Below are positions 14,716 through 23,936 of a stretch of 24,000 nucleotides of DNA, piece after piece. The notes below the pieces were generated by a model that saw only the letters and a program-made list of their open reading frames with translations, did no database searches and was not told where the DNA came from. The stretch's first letter is position 1. Each line of letters begins with the position of its first letter. Source of the DNA: Bacteroidota bacterium (GTDB lineage Bacteria; Bacteroidota; Ignavibacteria; Ignavibacteriales; Ignavibacteriaceae); contig JADFPP010000020.1 in assembly GCA_022562275.1 (NCBI GenBank), positions 15,770 to 39,769 of the forward strand. Reading direction: 5' to 3'. A program made the position numbers and the translations under genes.

Positions 14716-17700
14716 CTACTCAACCTTCACTCTCACCCCTTCAGAATGACTTGCAAATTCAGGCGCATACATACACTGCATTGTTGTAATACCGTTAGAG
14801 AAATCACCTTTGTGGGTTACTCTCAATGGATATTCAAATACATACGTTCCTTTTGGCAACCTGTCCATAAAGAAGTTTGTTGCAGCATCGCGTGTGTTTT
14901 CGTAATACCACAATCCATCCTGGTACTTATGAGTTGAAAGGACATTAATAGGTTCAAACCCGGCAGCACGCATATCTTTCAGGTGAACAAATTCCATATC
15001 TCTATCTACTCTTATTTCAATCCTTACTTTTATCATATCACCCGGTTTAAGTTTTGTATCATCTGTAACAGGAGTTATTTTCTTTCCGGTTTCACTATCA
15101 AGTTCAAGGAATAACTGTTTCTTAATTTTCAGCGGAGTTTCACTTGGTGTTATCTTATCGAGCTGTTCATAATACTGCCAGTAAAGTGATCCCCACGCAA
15201 CAACATTATTATTATTAGTTACGGTAACTTCTCCCATTTCAGGTTTTATCTCTTCACCTTTCCAGGAAGTTTTAAAATAACCGGTTCCCGCTTCAATGTG
15301 GATTTCAGGTCGCCGGACTCCGGAGAGTCCGTCGGACTCTTCGAGATTGTTATAAAGATCAATTAACTGACCGCCAACTTTTATATCAGGCAGCTTTGAA
15401 TCGGCAAGCCAGTTTGTACCTCTTAAAAGAAGTGCATAACAAGCTTCGGCAGTTGCTTTGGTTGTTTTCCAATCCTGTACTTGTTTTTGTTTTAACAGCC
15501 ATACCTTCAATAGATCAACAGATTCCTGGTCTTTAACAATCTCATCTACCGCTTCAATAAGCAGCGCCTGCGTTTCTATCGGCGCCTGGTACCACCACCA
15601 TCCCCATTCTTCTTTAAAGTACATTCCCATCTCATCATTAAATACTGCATTCTCAATTATCGATTTGATTATAGCTTTTGCAGTCTTTGCATCGTACAAT
15701 CTGTAAAGTGCAAGTGCTATCATCCCCTGCATATACTTGTTGTTACTAAGCCAGTATGTCTGTGCCTGCCATTTCCAGTAATCGAATGCTTCTTTATGTT
15801 TTTCATCAACAGGAATATCAAGGTAGTAGCTTCTTCCGTAAAGATACTGTGCCTGTATGTAGCCGATATGTTTCTTCTTCATGTTTACACCGCGCCTCTT
15901 AAGGCGTTCATAATCTTCGTGCATTCTTACATCGGTGTAGAGAACCGCCTTCGTTAGCATGTCCCAAGTGCTGCTGTTCTCTCTTATATCTTTTATCCCA
16001 AGCCGTTCAAGATGTCCCATTCCAACTACAATATATTGAGTAATAAACCTGTTTTCGCGGAGTCCGGGAAACCAGGGCCATCCGCCGTTTGAGTACTGGT
16101 TTTCTCTCAGTTGCCGTTCGGCTCTTTCCAATTCATTTGCCATTCTGGTAAGATCGAAGAGCAAACCAACTCTGCGTTTCCTTTCCGATTCATCCTGTGC
16201 ATCAAGAACCCAGGGAGTTTCTTCGAGCAGTGCGTACTTTAATTCCTGGTTCTTTTCAAGGTTTGAAATAAGTGCATCTTTATCTATTTCTTTCCACGAT
16301 TCAAAAACCTTTTTGATCTTGGGGTTTGAGTTTGCAATAAAAGTTGCAATGCTGTTTGCATAAAAACGGTTAAAGATCTGCTCACTGCACTCATAAGGAA
16401 ATTCCATCATATACGGCAGCGCCTGTATTGCATACCATGCGGGATTTGCAGTGAACTCAAGTGTGAGATTATAATTCTGTAAAGTTGAAGAAGTATTGTT
16501 CATCAACTTTTCGAGTATGAAAGTTTTTGTCTGATTTCCTTTTACAGGAAGCGGAAGTGTTTCTGTAACCAGCATTCTGTTAACTAATACCGGAAGTGCA
16601 TTCTCCTCGCCGTCAGAAAACTTCCCTGATTTTGCAATCACCCTGTAAACAATCGCATCAACTTTACCCAGAGGAACTTTTAATCTCCAACTTAATCCTT
16701 CGCTCATTTTTTTATCAACAGAGAATGATTTTATGTTATCCGTGTTCTCAAAAAGATGATCAACTGGTTTCATTGTAAATGCATCGAAGAGCTGTAGCGT
16801 TGCAGAACCGGAAAGTGAATGATCTGAAAGATTGCTTACCTTTGCAGTAAAGTATATTTCATCGCTTTCTCTTAAGAATCTCGGCGGATTTGGTTGAATC
16901 ATCAAATCTTTTTGTGTAACTGTTTCATTATAAATTATTCCGCTCTTAAGATCTTTTGTATGAGCAAAGCCCATAAACTTCCATCGGGTTAATGCTTCCG
17001 GCACAGTGAATGAGATTACAATTTCACCCTGCTCATTTGTTTTTAAATCAGGATAGAAGAAAGCAGTTTCATTCAGATTTTTTCTAATTGAAACTCCTTC
17101 AAATGAAGTTTGAGAGATTTTATCTTGATCTCCATTCAGTTTTTTTCTCTCTTCATCTTTTCCAAGCTTTGATGAGGTTATATCACCTTCTTTTTCTTCC
17201 ATAACTACACCTGATTGCAAGGACAGCTCATCAGAAACACTCCGGGTAGGCATCTTATAAAATCTGCCATCACTGTAACCATAGCCATAAAAATAAAAAC
17301 CAAAGGTGTTGATGTACGGATAATAGAAATGCTGCCTTGAAACATAAATATTCCACCCCTCTTCATAAATTTTTGAACTGAGAATCTGGAAGGAATTATC
17401 TGTTGTCCAATTCAATCTGGAGTAGTAATAAGGATAAATATTAAAGCCCCAATAGTTTGCTGCAAAAGCATCCAGAGATGCATCATACATCGAAGCAAGT
17501 AGTTCGGCAGCTATTGCATCTCCGTTTGGTCCGGTTATTTTTAACTTCCATTCTTCGTCAGTTCCGGGAAGAATTTTATTTCTGAAAGTTTCAAATGTAA
17601 TATTAAGATGTTTGTTCGTCCACGGAACCGAAATGACTTTTGTTAAAGTATGGTTTGCATTATTGATAGTTAGAGTTACATGCACGACCACGTTTCCGCG

Positions 17701-20700
17701 GTAATCTTCTTTAATTGGAATTTCAATTTTCTTTTGTTCATCATCCAAAGTAATCCATTCTTTCTTAATTATCTTTCCATCGTATTCAAGTTCGTAAAGT
17801 GCTTTCACATCTTCTTCAGCGGAACCGATGTAAAGTTTTACGATTTCTCCCGGCTCATAGTTTTTTGGTTCAATATAAATCCAGTTCGCCTCTCTTAATG
17901 GCATTTTATTAGATTCAGCATTAAACAAAGTAAAATATTTTATAAGCTCAACAGGAGTTCCGTTTTTATCTTTTGTTTTAAGTGTAACAACATACTTGCC
18001 GGGATCCCAATCATACTGATCTTTAAAAACTATGAATGAACTATCTGTTGTTGTAAAACTTTTTTCAAATACTTTCTTATCTTTTCTCCAGTTAAAGAAC
18101 TGATCTTCTTCATTATAAACATCGTGAGCAAAGCTTTCATAAAAATCTTCTTTAGTTAAAAAGAATTTATCCGGCTTTTGCCACAACCTGTTTCTGAATA
18201 TTCGTGATGGAGATTTAAGTTTAAATATATCAACATAAACTTTTGCAGATTCAAATTGCCCGTTTAGATTTGTAGTTGAAACCGAATAATTAACAACTGA
18301 ATCGCTTTTAATTATTTCCGGCAGATTAATATTTACAACCAAAGCAACATAACCCGCACTTACATAAGTTTGTGCAGAATGTGTTTCACCGGTTACATCA
18401 ATAACATCAGCATAAATAGTATAATTAAAAACAGGATTTGTTTCCCTTGGAATTGAAAGATCAGGAATAAGATTAAATTCAACTTTGAATTTGCCTTCCT
18501 TATCAGTTTTGGTAACACCGTTTGTGATTTCCATTTTAGTGTTATTTCCCCAGTACCAGTTATAATAACCTCTGAACCAATAGTAGTAATAAGGGAATGA
18601 AACATTTCGTACAACACGATATTTAACTTCAACATCGTTTAAGTTTGCACCCGAATAAGTTTTTGCAAAACCTTCTGCAGTTACTTTATCATTTAAAGAA
18701 TAGCTTCCTTTTATGGGTTTAAACTTTACCTCGAATTTAGGACGTTTGTATTCTTCAACCCTGAAGTATTGAGAACCGACCTCATTCATTATATAATACT
18801 GTCCGCCAATCTTACCAAAGGGAATTGTAAACTGTCCGTTAAAAGTTCCGTATTCGTTTGTAGTTAAAGTAACATCGGAAATTTTCTGGCTGTTTGCATC
18901 ATAAAAAGTAACAGTTGTTTTTTTATCAGTAATTATTTCGTGATCTTTCTTACCATCTGTTTTAATCATCAATCCTTTAAAGTAAACTAACTGCCCTGGT
19001 CTGTAAATTGCTCTATCAAGATAAAAGAAAGTTGTTATTCGCTTTGTGGAATTATCTTTGTAGTAATAGGAGTAGTAATTCTGTGATTCAAAACGATCAT
19101 CATCATCAGTAAAAACAACTTTGTAGTTATTGTATTTATTTTCCTCTTTCGTGAACTTAAAACTACCTTCGCTGTTTGTCTTTCCACTTGCTACTTTGAA
19201 GAATTGATATTCTCTATCATCAGGTACATATTTTTGCACATAAATTTCAACATTAATTTTTGAGAGAGGATGTCCTGATTCCCTATGCAATGCGTAGAAT
19301 TGAATCACATTCTTTCCCATATCTCTTCTTATATAACTGATATTCGAAACCCACGTTTTACCGTAACCAACAGCATTTTTTATGTATGTAAAATTTTTAT
19401 CTGTTGCAACAAGAATCAGATACCGACCTATTGGCAGTGCAGGCATTTTTATTTCCACACTATGATCCTGGTAGTCTTTGTCAGCAGGAAGATTAAGCGA
19501 CCACTCCCTTGTTGGCTTCTGCTTAACATAAAATTGAATACGCTTCTGTGCATTTAAATTCTTTTCTTTTTTCTCCAATTTATCATTCCAGGGAATGATT
19601 CGTAAATAAATCCGATTAACATTCGTAAAAGATATGAGTGCTCGAAATGGTTGATCGGGAATATTACCGTATTCAGTTTGAAATCTTAAATTCTTGCGTA
19701 GTATCTCATTCTGCAGCCATCGGCACTCCTGTGCACCAGATTTATCGGGATATTTTTCAAAAGCAGTGCTGCAAATTTCAAGAGCTTTTTTAATCTCCCA
19801 TTTGTGTTTATCGGATACAGAAGAATTATATTTTTTTCCTTCATCGTAAAAATATTTTGCTTTATTAAAAGAGATGAGAGTAGAATAAGGAACATCGCTG
19901 TACTGATCTTCCATTTTGATAATTGCTAAAATATATAAGCTGTCTTTTTCTGTGTGAACACTGTTTCCTCTTACAAAATTTAATCGTGCAAGATCAACAT
20001 CTATCAGCGCATCTTTTTCATCATCATTAAGATGGAATGCAATTAACTTTTGAAATAGTTGAATCGCATAAAACTTTAGTGAAAGAGAATCCTTGGCGGT
20101 AAAATTGATATCAACAAAATTTTTCGCTGAAGAAAAATCATCAGGACTGTTTAATTCAAATTTGTAAACAGGATCAGTTACCGAAGCTTCATCATTGATA
20201 TAAAAAGTGAGGGCTGTTTGCGCAAGCAAATCGAACAATGTCGGGCGAAGGTATGCCTGCCCCGAGTTGCTGTAATAAAGAATATCTTCAAATTCTTTTA
20301 TGGAAATCAATTTTAAGCTGTCACTCTGTTCAAGCGATGCCTGGTATAGTTTTACAATTTCTCTTATAAGATGGGGAAGATCCCATGTTTGAAAACCTGC
20401 CTCGCCGGTAGGCAGGTCATTATTATCAAAGTTCACTGTTTCGGTTCTTTGCTGAAACCTGTAACGGTTGTTCTGGTAATACTGCCAGTAAATATTTGCG
20501 AGAATGGATTTTAGAATTGCATTTGCAGGGAAGGATGTTGTGTTTATTTCATCTTTAACACCATTTAATATTTTTACGTGGCTATCCTCTTCAGTGTAGT
20601 TTGTGAATTTAAGTTTATAGAAAAGTGATTTTATGATCTGTGACTGGTTGTCTTCTTCTTTAGCCGTCTTATATATTTCTTCAACAATTTCCAGCGCCGA

Positions 20701-20883
20701 ACGTGTGAGCCCTTCATTTACAAGGGAATCTACTTTGTGCCACGCGGCTTTATAATCATCACCAAAATTATATTGTATCATTTCAGTATGATTAAATATT
20801 TTTATACCGGGAACAAGTCCGGTGAATGAATAAAATAGAACTGCAATGGGGATAAAAAGGAGGAATCTATTTATATTTTTCAT
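14716..20883 (-). CDS. Large bacterial alpha-2-macroglobulin family protein (2055 aa), secreted/lipid-envelope type
   Basis: N-terminal hydrophobic signal (MKNINRFLLFIPIAVLFYSF). MG-like repeats including RAIYRPGQLVYFKGL and DRAIYRPGQ. FPYECSEQIFNRFYAN contains a CxEQ thioester-type motif (encoded at 16378-16389 complement). Long terpenoid-toroid-like helical region. Confidence 0.92.
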   Translation of the reverse strand: MKNINRFLLFIPIAVLFYSFTGLVPGIKIFNHTEMIQYNFGDDYKAAWHKVDSLVNEGLTRSALEIVEEIYKTAKEEDNQSQIIKSLFYKLKFTNYTEEDSHVKILNGVKDEINTTSFPANAILKSILANIYWQYYQNNRYRFQQRTETVNFDNNDLPTGEAGFQTWDLPHLIREIVKLYQASLEQSDSLKLISIKEFEDILYYSNSGQAYLRPTLFDLLAQTALTFYINDEASVTDPVYKFELNSPDDFSSAKNFVDINFTAKDSLSLKFYAIQLFQKLIAFHLNDDEKDALIDVDLARLNFVRGNSVHTEKDSLYILAIIKMEDQYSDVPYSTLISFNKAKYFYDEGKKYNSSVSDKHKWEIKKALEICSTAFEKYPDKSGAQECRWLQNEILRKNLRFQTEYGNIPDQPFRALISFTNVNRIYLRIIPWNDKLEKKEKNLNAQKRIQFYVKQKPTREWSLNLPADKDYQDHSVEIKMPALPIGRYLILVATDKNFTYIKNAVGYGKTWVSNISYIRRDMGKNVIQFYALHRESGHPLSKINVEIYVQKYVPDDREYQFFKVASGKTNSEGSFKFTKEENKYNNYKVVFTDDDDRFESQNYYSYYYKDNSTKRITTFFYLDRAIYRPGQLVYFKGLMIKTDGKKDHEIITDKKTTVTFYDANSQKISDVTLTTNEYGTFNGQFTIPFGKIGGQYYIMNEVGSQYFRVEEYKRPKFEVKFKPIKGSYSLNDKVTAEGFAKTYSGANLNDVEVKYRVVRNVSFPYYYYWFRGYYNWYWGNNTKMEITNGVTKTDKEGKFKVEFNLIPDLSIPRETNPVFNYTIYADVIDVTGETHSAQTYVSAGYVALVVNINLPEIIKSDSVVNYSVSTTNLNGQFESAKVYVDIFKLKSPSRIFRNRLWQKPDKFFLTKEDFYESFAHDVYNEEDQFFNWRKDKKVFEKSFTTTDSSFIVFKDQYDWDPGKYVVTLKTKDKNGTPVELIKYFTLFNAESNKMPLREANWIYIEPKNYEPGEIVKLYIGSAEEDVKALYELEYDGKIIKKEWITLDDEQKKIEIPIKEDYRGNVVVHVTLTINNANHTLTKVISVPWTNKHLNITFETFRNKILPGTDEEWKLKITGPNGDAIAAELLASMYDASLDAFAANYWGFNIYPYYYSRLNWTTDNSFQILSSKIYEEGWNIYVSRQHFYYPYINTFGFYFYGYGYSDGRFYKMPTRSVSDELSLQSGVVMEEKEGDITSSKLGKDEERKKLNGDQDKISQTSFEGVSIRKNLNETAFFYPDLKTNEQGEIVISFTVPEALTRWKFMGFAHTKDLKSGIIYNETVTQKDLMIQPNPPRFLRESDEIYFTAKVSNLSDHSLSGSATLQLFDAFTMKPVDHLFENTDNIKSFSVDKKMSEGLSWRLKVPLGKVDAIVYRVIAKSGKFSDGEENALPVLVNRMLVTETLPLPVKGNQTKTFILEKLMNNTSSTLQNYNLTLEFTANPAWYAIQALPYMMEFPYECSEQIFNRFYANSIATFIANSNPKIKKVFESWKEIDKDALISNLEKNQELKYALLEETPWVLDAQDESERKRRVGLLFDLTRMANELERAERQLRENQYSNGGWPWFPGLRENRFITQYIVVGMGHLERLGIKDIRENSSTWDMLTKAVLYTDVRMHEDYERLKRRGVNMKKKHIGYIQAQYLYGRSYYLDIPVDEKHKEAFDYWKWQAQTYWLSNNKYMQGMIALALYRLYDAKTAKAIIKSIIENAVFNDEMGMYFKEEWGWWWYQAPIETQALLIEAVDEIVKDQESVDLLKVWLLKQKQVQDWKTTKATAEACYALLLRGTNWLADSKLPDIKVGGQLIDLYNNLEESDGLSGVRRPEIHIEAGTGYFKTSWKGEEIKPEMGEVTVTNNNNVVAWGSLYWQYYEQLDKITPSETPLKIKKQLFLELDSETGKKITPVTDDTKLKPGDMIKVRIEIRVDRDMEFVHLKDMRAAGFEPINVLSTHKYQDGLWYYENTRDAATNFFMDRLPKGTYVFEYPLRVTHKGDFSNGITTMQCMYAPEFASHSEGVRVKVE
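15314..15339. repeat. Palindromic repeat within the A2M coding sequence (CGGACTC-cgga-GAGTCCG-t-CGGACTC)
   Basis: Two overlapping 7-bp-stem palindromes, translated in frame as SDGLSGVRR. Confidence 0.65.
20396..20416. repeat. Palindromic repeat within the A2M coding sequence (CCTGCCT...AGGCAGG)
   Basis: CCTGCCTcgccggtAGGCAGG, perfect 7-bp stem, translated in frame as LPTGEAGF. Confidence 0.6.
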
Positions 20884-21057
20884 GCTAACTTCCCTTTGTC
20901 AAAATAAGAATTTTAATAACCCAATTATAAACTATTATTTATTTCACAACTGATATTACTTCAAATAATTGATATAGTTCCTAAAAAAATATTATTATTA
21001 CAATGTTTATTTGTAATGTGCATTAAAGTACTTTAATAATCATAAAATAAGAACAGG

Positions 21058-21393
21058 ATGAATCAAATAAGAAAGAATAAGAGTGTCTTAGAACTACTAA
21101 AAAAACATGGCGATAAATTAACCACAGTACGCGAAATAAATCACTGGATTTATTTTAAATCATTTGATGATTTGTGCGATTACAAAGATATATTGTCCAA
21201 AAAAGGATTCATAATCCAGAATATTGATAAGAATAAAGATCCAAATGAAACTCATCCGTTTTCACTATGTATTAGCAGGGACGATCGGGCGGATCTAAAA
21301 AGCATAAATAAAGTAACGTTAGAACTATCCCGGTTAGCTGAAGAATACAATGGTAATTATGATGGATGGGAAACACCTATTATTGAGGATTGA
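21058..21393 (+). CDS. RraB-family (RNase E regulator B-like) small protein
   Basis: EINHWIYFKSFDDLCDYKDILSKKGFII... and C-terminal VTLELSRLAEEYNGNYDGWETP, typical of RraB-domain proteins. Confidence 0.7.
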   Translation: MNQIRKNKSVLELLKKHGDKLTTVREINHWIYFKSFDDLCDYKDILSKKGFIIQNIDKNKDPNETHPFSLCISRDDRADLKSINKVTLELSRLAEEYNGNYDGWETPIIED

Positions 21394-21504
21394 TCCTCTT
21401 GCTTTAGCGATAATGTTGGTTTAATATTCAATATTAAATGGGGAATACGTTTTGAGTGGAAAGAAACAAAAGCATTTATTGTTGAAATAGTAGAATACCA
21501 TTAA
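21394..21504 (+). pseudogene. Remnant of a HigB/RelE-type toxin (C-terminus only)
   Basis: The frame reads ...NVGLIFNIKWGIRFEWKETKAFIVEIVEYH-stop, matching the HigB-type C-terminus (IxxNxQWRIxFxW...VEIVDYH). No start codon or N-terminal half. Confidence 0.65.
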
Positions 21505-21513
21505 GAGTATAAT

Positions 21514-21624
21514 ATGAAAAAAATATCCCCAATACATCCGGGTGAAATACTGTTGGAAGAATTTTTAAAACCTTTTAATCTAAGTCAAAACAGTTTAGCT
21601 CTAGATATCGGGCTTCCTGCATAA
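21514..21624 (+). pseudogene. Truncated HigA-type antitoxin (N-terminal 36 codons)
   Basis: [36 protein letters not shown]-stop matches the HigA N-terminus ([31 protein letters not shown]...). Premature end before the rest of the HTH. Confidence 0.8.
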
Positions 21625-21678
21625 GCTGATAAAATTTAACAGTTGAGTTTAGAAGGTTAGTAAATAAATTGATAATGA

Positions 21679-22089
21679 ATGTCAATAATCCTTTCCAACA
21701 TTTCAATGAAACAAAAATGGGTTTTACTTCTTTTACTACTCATCACCCCAATTGGCTTTTATACTAAAATCTATTCAGGTCCTGGTGTAAGCTGGGTAAA
21801 CGATTCTCTTGGCGGTGTATTCTATGAAATATTCTGGTGTCTTTTAGTTTTCTTGTTTTTTATAAATACAAAAGTGTGGGTGATAGCTACTTCGGTTTTT
21901 ATAGTTACCTGTTTTTTAGAAGTACTTCAATTATGGCATCCTGAATTCCTGGAGATTATCAGAAGTTACTTTATTGGCAGGACGCTTCTTGGAAATTCTT
22001 TCAATTTGAATGATTTTATTTATTATTTTATTGGAAGCGGAATTGGATATTTAATCTTAACCCATATAAAGAAGTTGAATAAAAAATGA
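21679..22089 (+). CDS. DUF2809-like small integral membrane protein
   Basis: Four hydrophobic helices. GPGVSWVNDSLGGVFYEIFWCLLVFLFF and LEVLQLWHPEFLEIIRSYFIGRTLLGNSFNLNDFIYYFIGSGIGYL fit DUF2809. Confidence 0.7.
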   Translation: MSIILSNISMKQKWVLLLLLLITPIGFYTKIYSGPGVSWVNDSLGGVFYEIFWCLLVFLFFINTKVWVIATSVFIVTCFLEVLQLWHPEFLEIIRSYFIGRTLLGNSFNLNDFIYYFIGSGIGYLILTHIKKLNKK

Positions 22090-22219
22090 GTTCATCACTT
22101 CATTTTTAATCTATTTATATTATTAAAATCATTGGAGACGATAATTTGACATTTAATCTGTTAATTTTGATATTGAAAATTAAATGAACATTGATATTGT
22201 GATTAATTAAGAAATTGGA

Positions 22220-22522
22220 ATGAAAACCAGCAATGAAATATTAAAGCTTATTAAAGATAATTATAATTATCTCTCAACTGAATTTGGAGTAGAAAAAATT
22301 GGATTATTTGGTTCTACTGCAAAAGGAACCGCTACAAAACATAGCGATGTTGATATTCTTATAGAATTTAACAAACCAATTGGTTTTAAGTTTGTAAAAT
22401 TGGTTGTGTACCTTGAAGAGCTTTTGGGAAAAAAGGTGGATGTAATAACAAAAGATGGACTTAAGAACATAAGAATTAAAAATGTTGCAGAGAATATAAA
22501 GAAGAGCCTTGTTTATGTCTAA
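22220..22522 (+). CDS. mntA: MntA-like minimal nucleotidyltransferase, module B
   Basis: IGLFGSTAKGTATKHSDVDILIEFNKPIGF. Overlaps the next gene by 14 nt. Confidence 0.88.
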   Translation: MKTSNEILKLIKDNYNYLSTEFGVEKIGLFGSTAKGTATKHSDVDILIEFNKPIGFKFVKLVVYLEELLGKKVDVITKDGLKNIRIKNVAENIKKSLVYV

Positions 22523-22850
22523 ACGAAAAGATGAAGATTTAATTCAGGATATTAAAGAATGCATCACAAGAATAATTTCTTACATTAAAGATATGGAATA
22601 CGATGTTTTTGAAAATGACTTTAAAACTCAGGATGCTGTTATAAGAAATGTTGAAATCATCGGCAAAGCAGCAAAATTATTATCAAGTAATTTAAAGAGT
22701 AATTTTTCAGATATTCCATGGGCAGACATTGCTGGAACAAGAGACAAACTCATCCACGATTATTTTGGAGTAAATATTGATATTGTGTGGAGCATTGCGA
22801 AAGAAGAAATACCAAAACTTGAACAACAAATAGATGAAATTTATAAATAA
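22509..22850 (+). CDS. hepT: HepT-like HEPN toxin (DUF86), module B
   Basis: AGTRDKLIHDYFGVNIDIVW has the Rx4HxY motif. AVIRNVEIIGKAAKLL matches the family. Confidence 0.88.
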   Translation: MFMSKRKDEDLIQDIKECITRIISYIKDMEYDVFENDFKTQDAVIRNVEIIGKAAKLLSSNLKSNFSDIPWADIAGTRDKLIHDYFGVNIDIVWSIAKEEIPKLEQQIDEIYK

Positions 22851-22942
22851 CTAACTTATAACGGTTGACAGCTTGAGTACACCTCTTATTTTACCATTTC
22901 CACAATACCTTATTTTTTTTCCTTTGATGAAAGTGAAAATCA

Positions 22943-23380
22943 ATGGATAAATTTTTAGAAGCTGCAATCGAAGAAGCAAAAAAAGGACTTAACGAAGGTG
23001 GAATTCCAATCGGTTCTGTTTTAGTTATTGATGATAAAATTGTTGGGAGAGGACGCAATCGCCGTGTACAGAACGGCAGTACAATTTTTCATGCTGAAAT
23101 GGACTGCATAGAAAATGCTGGAAGATTAAAAGCTTCCGATTATAAAAGAGCAACTCTCTACTCTACCCTTTCGCCTTGCGATATGTGCAGCGGTACGGCT
23201 CTGCTTTATAAAATTCCTAAAATTGTAATTGGCGAAAATATAACATTTCAGGGTTCCGAAGAATATCTTCGATCCCGTGGTGTTGAGTTACAAATATTAA
23301 ACGATAATGATTGTATTAAACTTATGGAAGATTTTATAAAAGCAAAACCCGAACTATGGAATGAAGATATCGGTGAATGA
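22943..23380 (+). CDS. Cytosine deaminase, FCY1 (yeast)-like zinc-dependent nucleoside/nucleobase deaminase
   Basis: HAEMDCIENAGR and TLSPCDMCSG zinc/catalytic motifs. EGGIPIGSVL, GRGRNRRVQNGS, VGENITFQGSEEYLRSRG and the C-terminal KPELWNEDIGE closely parallel yeast Fcy1 (RPQDWFEDIGE). Confidence 0.85.
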   Translation: MDKFLEAAIEEAKKGLNEGGIPIGSVLVIDDKIVGRGRNRRVQNGSTIFHAEMDCIENAGRLKASDYKRATLYSTLSPCDMCSGTALLYKIPKIVIGENITFQGSEEYLRSRGVELQILNDNDCIKLMEDFIKAKPELWNEDIGE

Positions 23381-23585
23381 AATTGGCAAGAATTTTAAAA
23401 GGAAAAGTTCCAGCTCAACCTTCTATTTCTTCCTAAGAGAGAGAATTAGAAAGAGTTCAATATAATTTCTGGAAGAGCTGAATAAAAATTTGTTAAATAA
23501 ACAAATACTTTATTTTTTCCAAAATTAATGTTAACTTAAATTAAGAATTGAGTTTAACTACAAAAAATTTTTAAAAGGCACTGAT

Positions 23586-23936
23586 ATGGCATTTACAATA
23601 ACACAACTATGTGCGGATTGCAAAGATATTTCTTGTACCCAGGTTTGCCCCGTAGATTGTATTTATGAATATACCGGAGATGACCCTTCGATACCAAAAA
23701 ATATGCTATTAATAGATCCCGATGAATGTATAGATTGCAATGCATGTGTACCGGAATGCCCATGGGAAGCAATATTTGAAAATGAGGAAGTTCCGGATGT
23801 TTTCCAGGAAGATATTGAACTCAATGCAAAAATTATGGATCAACCGAGGATCGTACCGGAAAGACCTGCAGATATGACTACTCCTACACCTGAAGAAGTG
23901 CAGGCAAATAAAGAGAAGAACAGTTATTCTGATTAA
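23586..23936 (+). CDS. 2x[4Fe-4S] ferredoxin
   Basis: [19 protein letters not shown] and [17 protein letters not shown] cluster-binding motifs. Confidence 0.9.
   Translation: MAFTITQLCADCKDISCTQVCPVDCIYEYTGDDPSIPKNMLLIDPDECIDCNACVPECPWEAIFENEEVPDVFQEDIELNAKIMDQPRIVPERPADMTTPTPEEVQANKEKNSYSD

Noticed and set aside
14695-14937. 80-aa minus/antisense-frame ORF overlapping the A2M 3' end
   Set aside because: Shadow ORF inside the strongly supported A2M coding sequence.
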